Below, one piece after another: positions 63,460-64,000 of a DNA stretch of 64,000 bases. The stretch is from contig NC_043001.1 in assembly GCF_006345805.1 (NCBI RefSeq), forward strand, positions 19,716,001 through 19,780,000, written 5' to 3'. The translations under genes were made by a program, and so were the position numbers. The notes below the pieces were generated by a model. It searched no databases, was not told the origin of the DNA, and saw only the letters and a program-made list of their open reading frames with translations. Positions within the stretch are counted from its first letter, which is position 1. Each line of letters starts with the position of its first letter. The stretch is from Octopus sinensis (Eukaryota).

Positions 63460-64000
63460 CATATATATCTTTACTCTCTTTTACTCTTTTACTTGTTTCA
63501 GTCATTTGACTGTGGCATGCTGGAGCACCGCCTTTAGTCGAGCAAATCGACCCCGGGACTTATTCTTTGTAAGCCCAGTACTTATTCTATCGGTCTCTTT
63601 TGCCGAACCGCTAAGTAAACACACCAGCATCGGTTGTCAAGCAATGCTAGGGGGACAAACACACACACATATATATATATACATATATACAACAGGCTTC
63701 TTTCAGTTTCCGTCTGCCAAATCCACTTACAAGGCATTGGTCGGCCCGGGGCTATAGCAGAAGACACTTGCCCAAGATGCCACGCAGTGGGACTGAACCC
63801 GGAACCATGTGGTTGGTAAACAAGCTACTTACCACACAGCCACTCCTGCGCCTATATATATATATTATACTAGTGACTTTTATTGATGATAATTATCTCT
63901 AAATTGTTTTTATACTAATTACTTTGAAATAAAATCTTGGAGTGAAGCATAAATACACAAAGTTTATTCACATATCAGCCTGCTTGTGTGTGTGTGTGCG

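Noticed and set aside
26405-63819. Numerous 60-170 aa ORFs rich in YI, CV or HT repeats
   Set aside because: They are translations of microsatellites and SINE bodies with no coding signal.

Overview
AT-rich, intron-rich animal genomic DNA. The repeat content (tRNA-derived SINEs, RTE tails ending in (CAT)n, (TA)n tracts) suggests an octopus/coleoid cephalopod; this is inferred, not verified. Two divergently oriented housekeeping genes are present. MRPL36 (mitoribosomal bL36m) has a single coding exon at 4327-4866 on the minus strand. SEC31 (COPII outer coat) has 20 coding exons traced from 22900 to 63396 on the plus strand, all GT-AG and phase-consistent, giving about 989 codons; the gene runs off the right end of the window. 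Both genes have a splice acceptor just before the ATG, so their 5' exons and promoter(s) lie between about 4.9 and 22.9 kb. The rest is a dense mobile-element landscape: several SINE families, RTE and CR1 LINE ends, Tc1/mariner, piggyBac-like and 8-bp-TSD MITEs, Helitron-like elements, a Gypsy pol fragment, and two tandem arrays (32 bp and 105 bp). The most interesting signal is four unrelated fold-back (long inverted repeat) insertions at 13.1-13.8, 34.7-35.1, 42.2-42.8 and 53.2-53.7 kb. Each carries a type I hammerhead ribozyme motif with a palindromic stem III. Two have target-site duplications, and one is headed by a tRNA-like Pol III promoter. A decayed Penelope-type GIY-YIG fragment with its own inverted repeat (27.2-28.4 kb) points to the likely mobilising partner. 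All structure calls were made by eye; no folding or database search was run.
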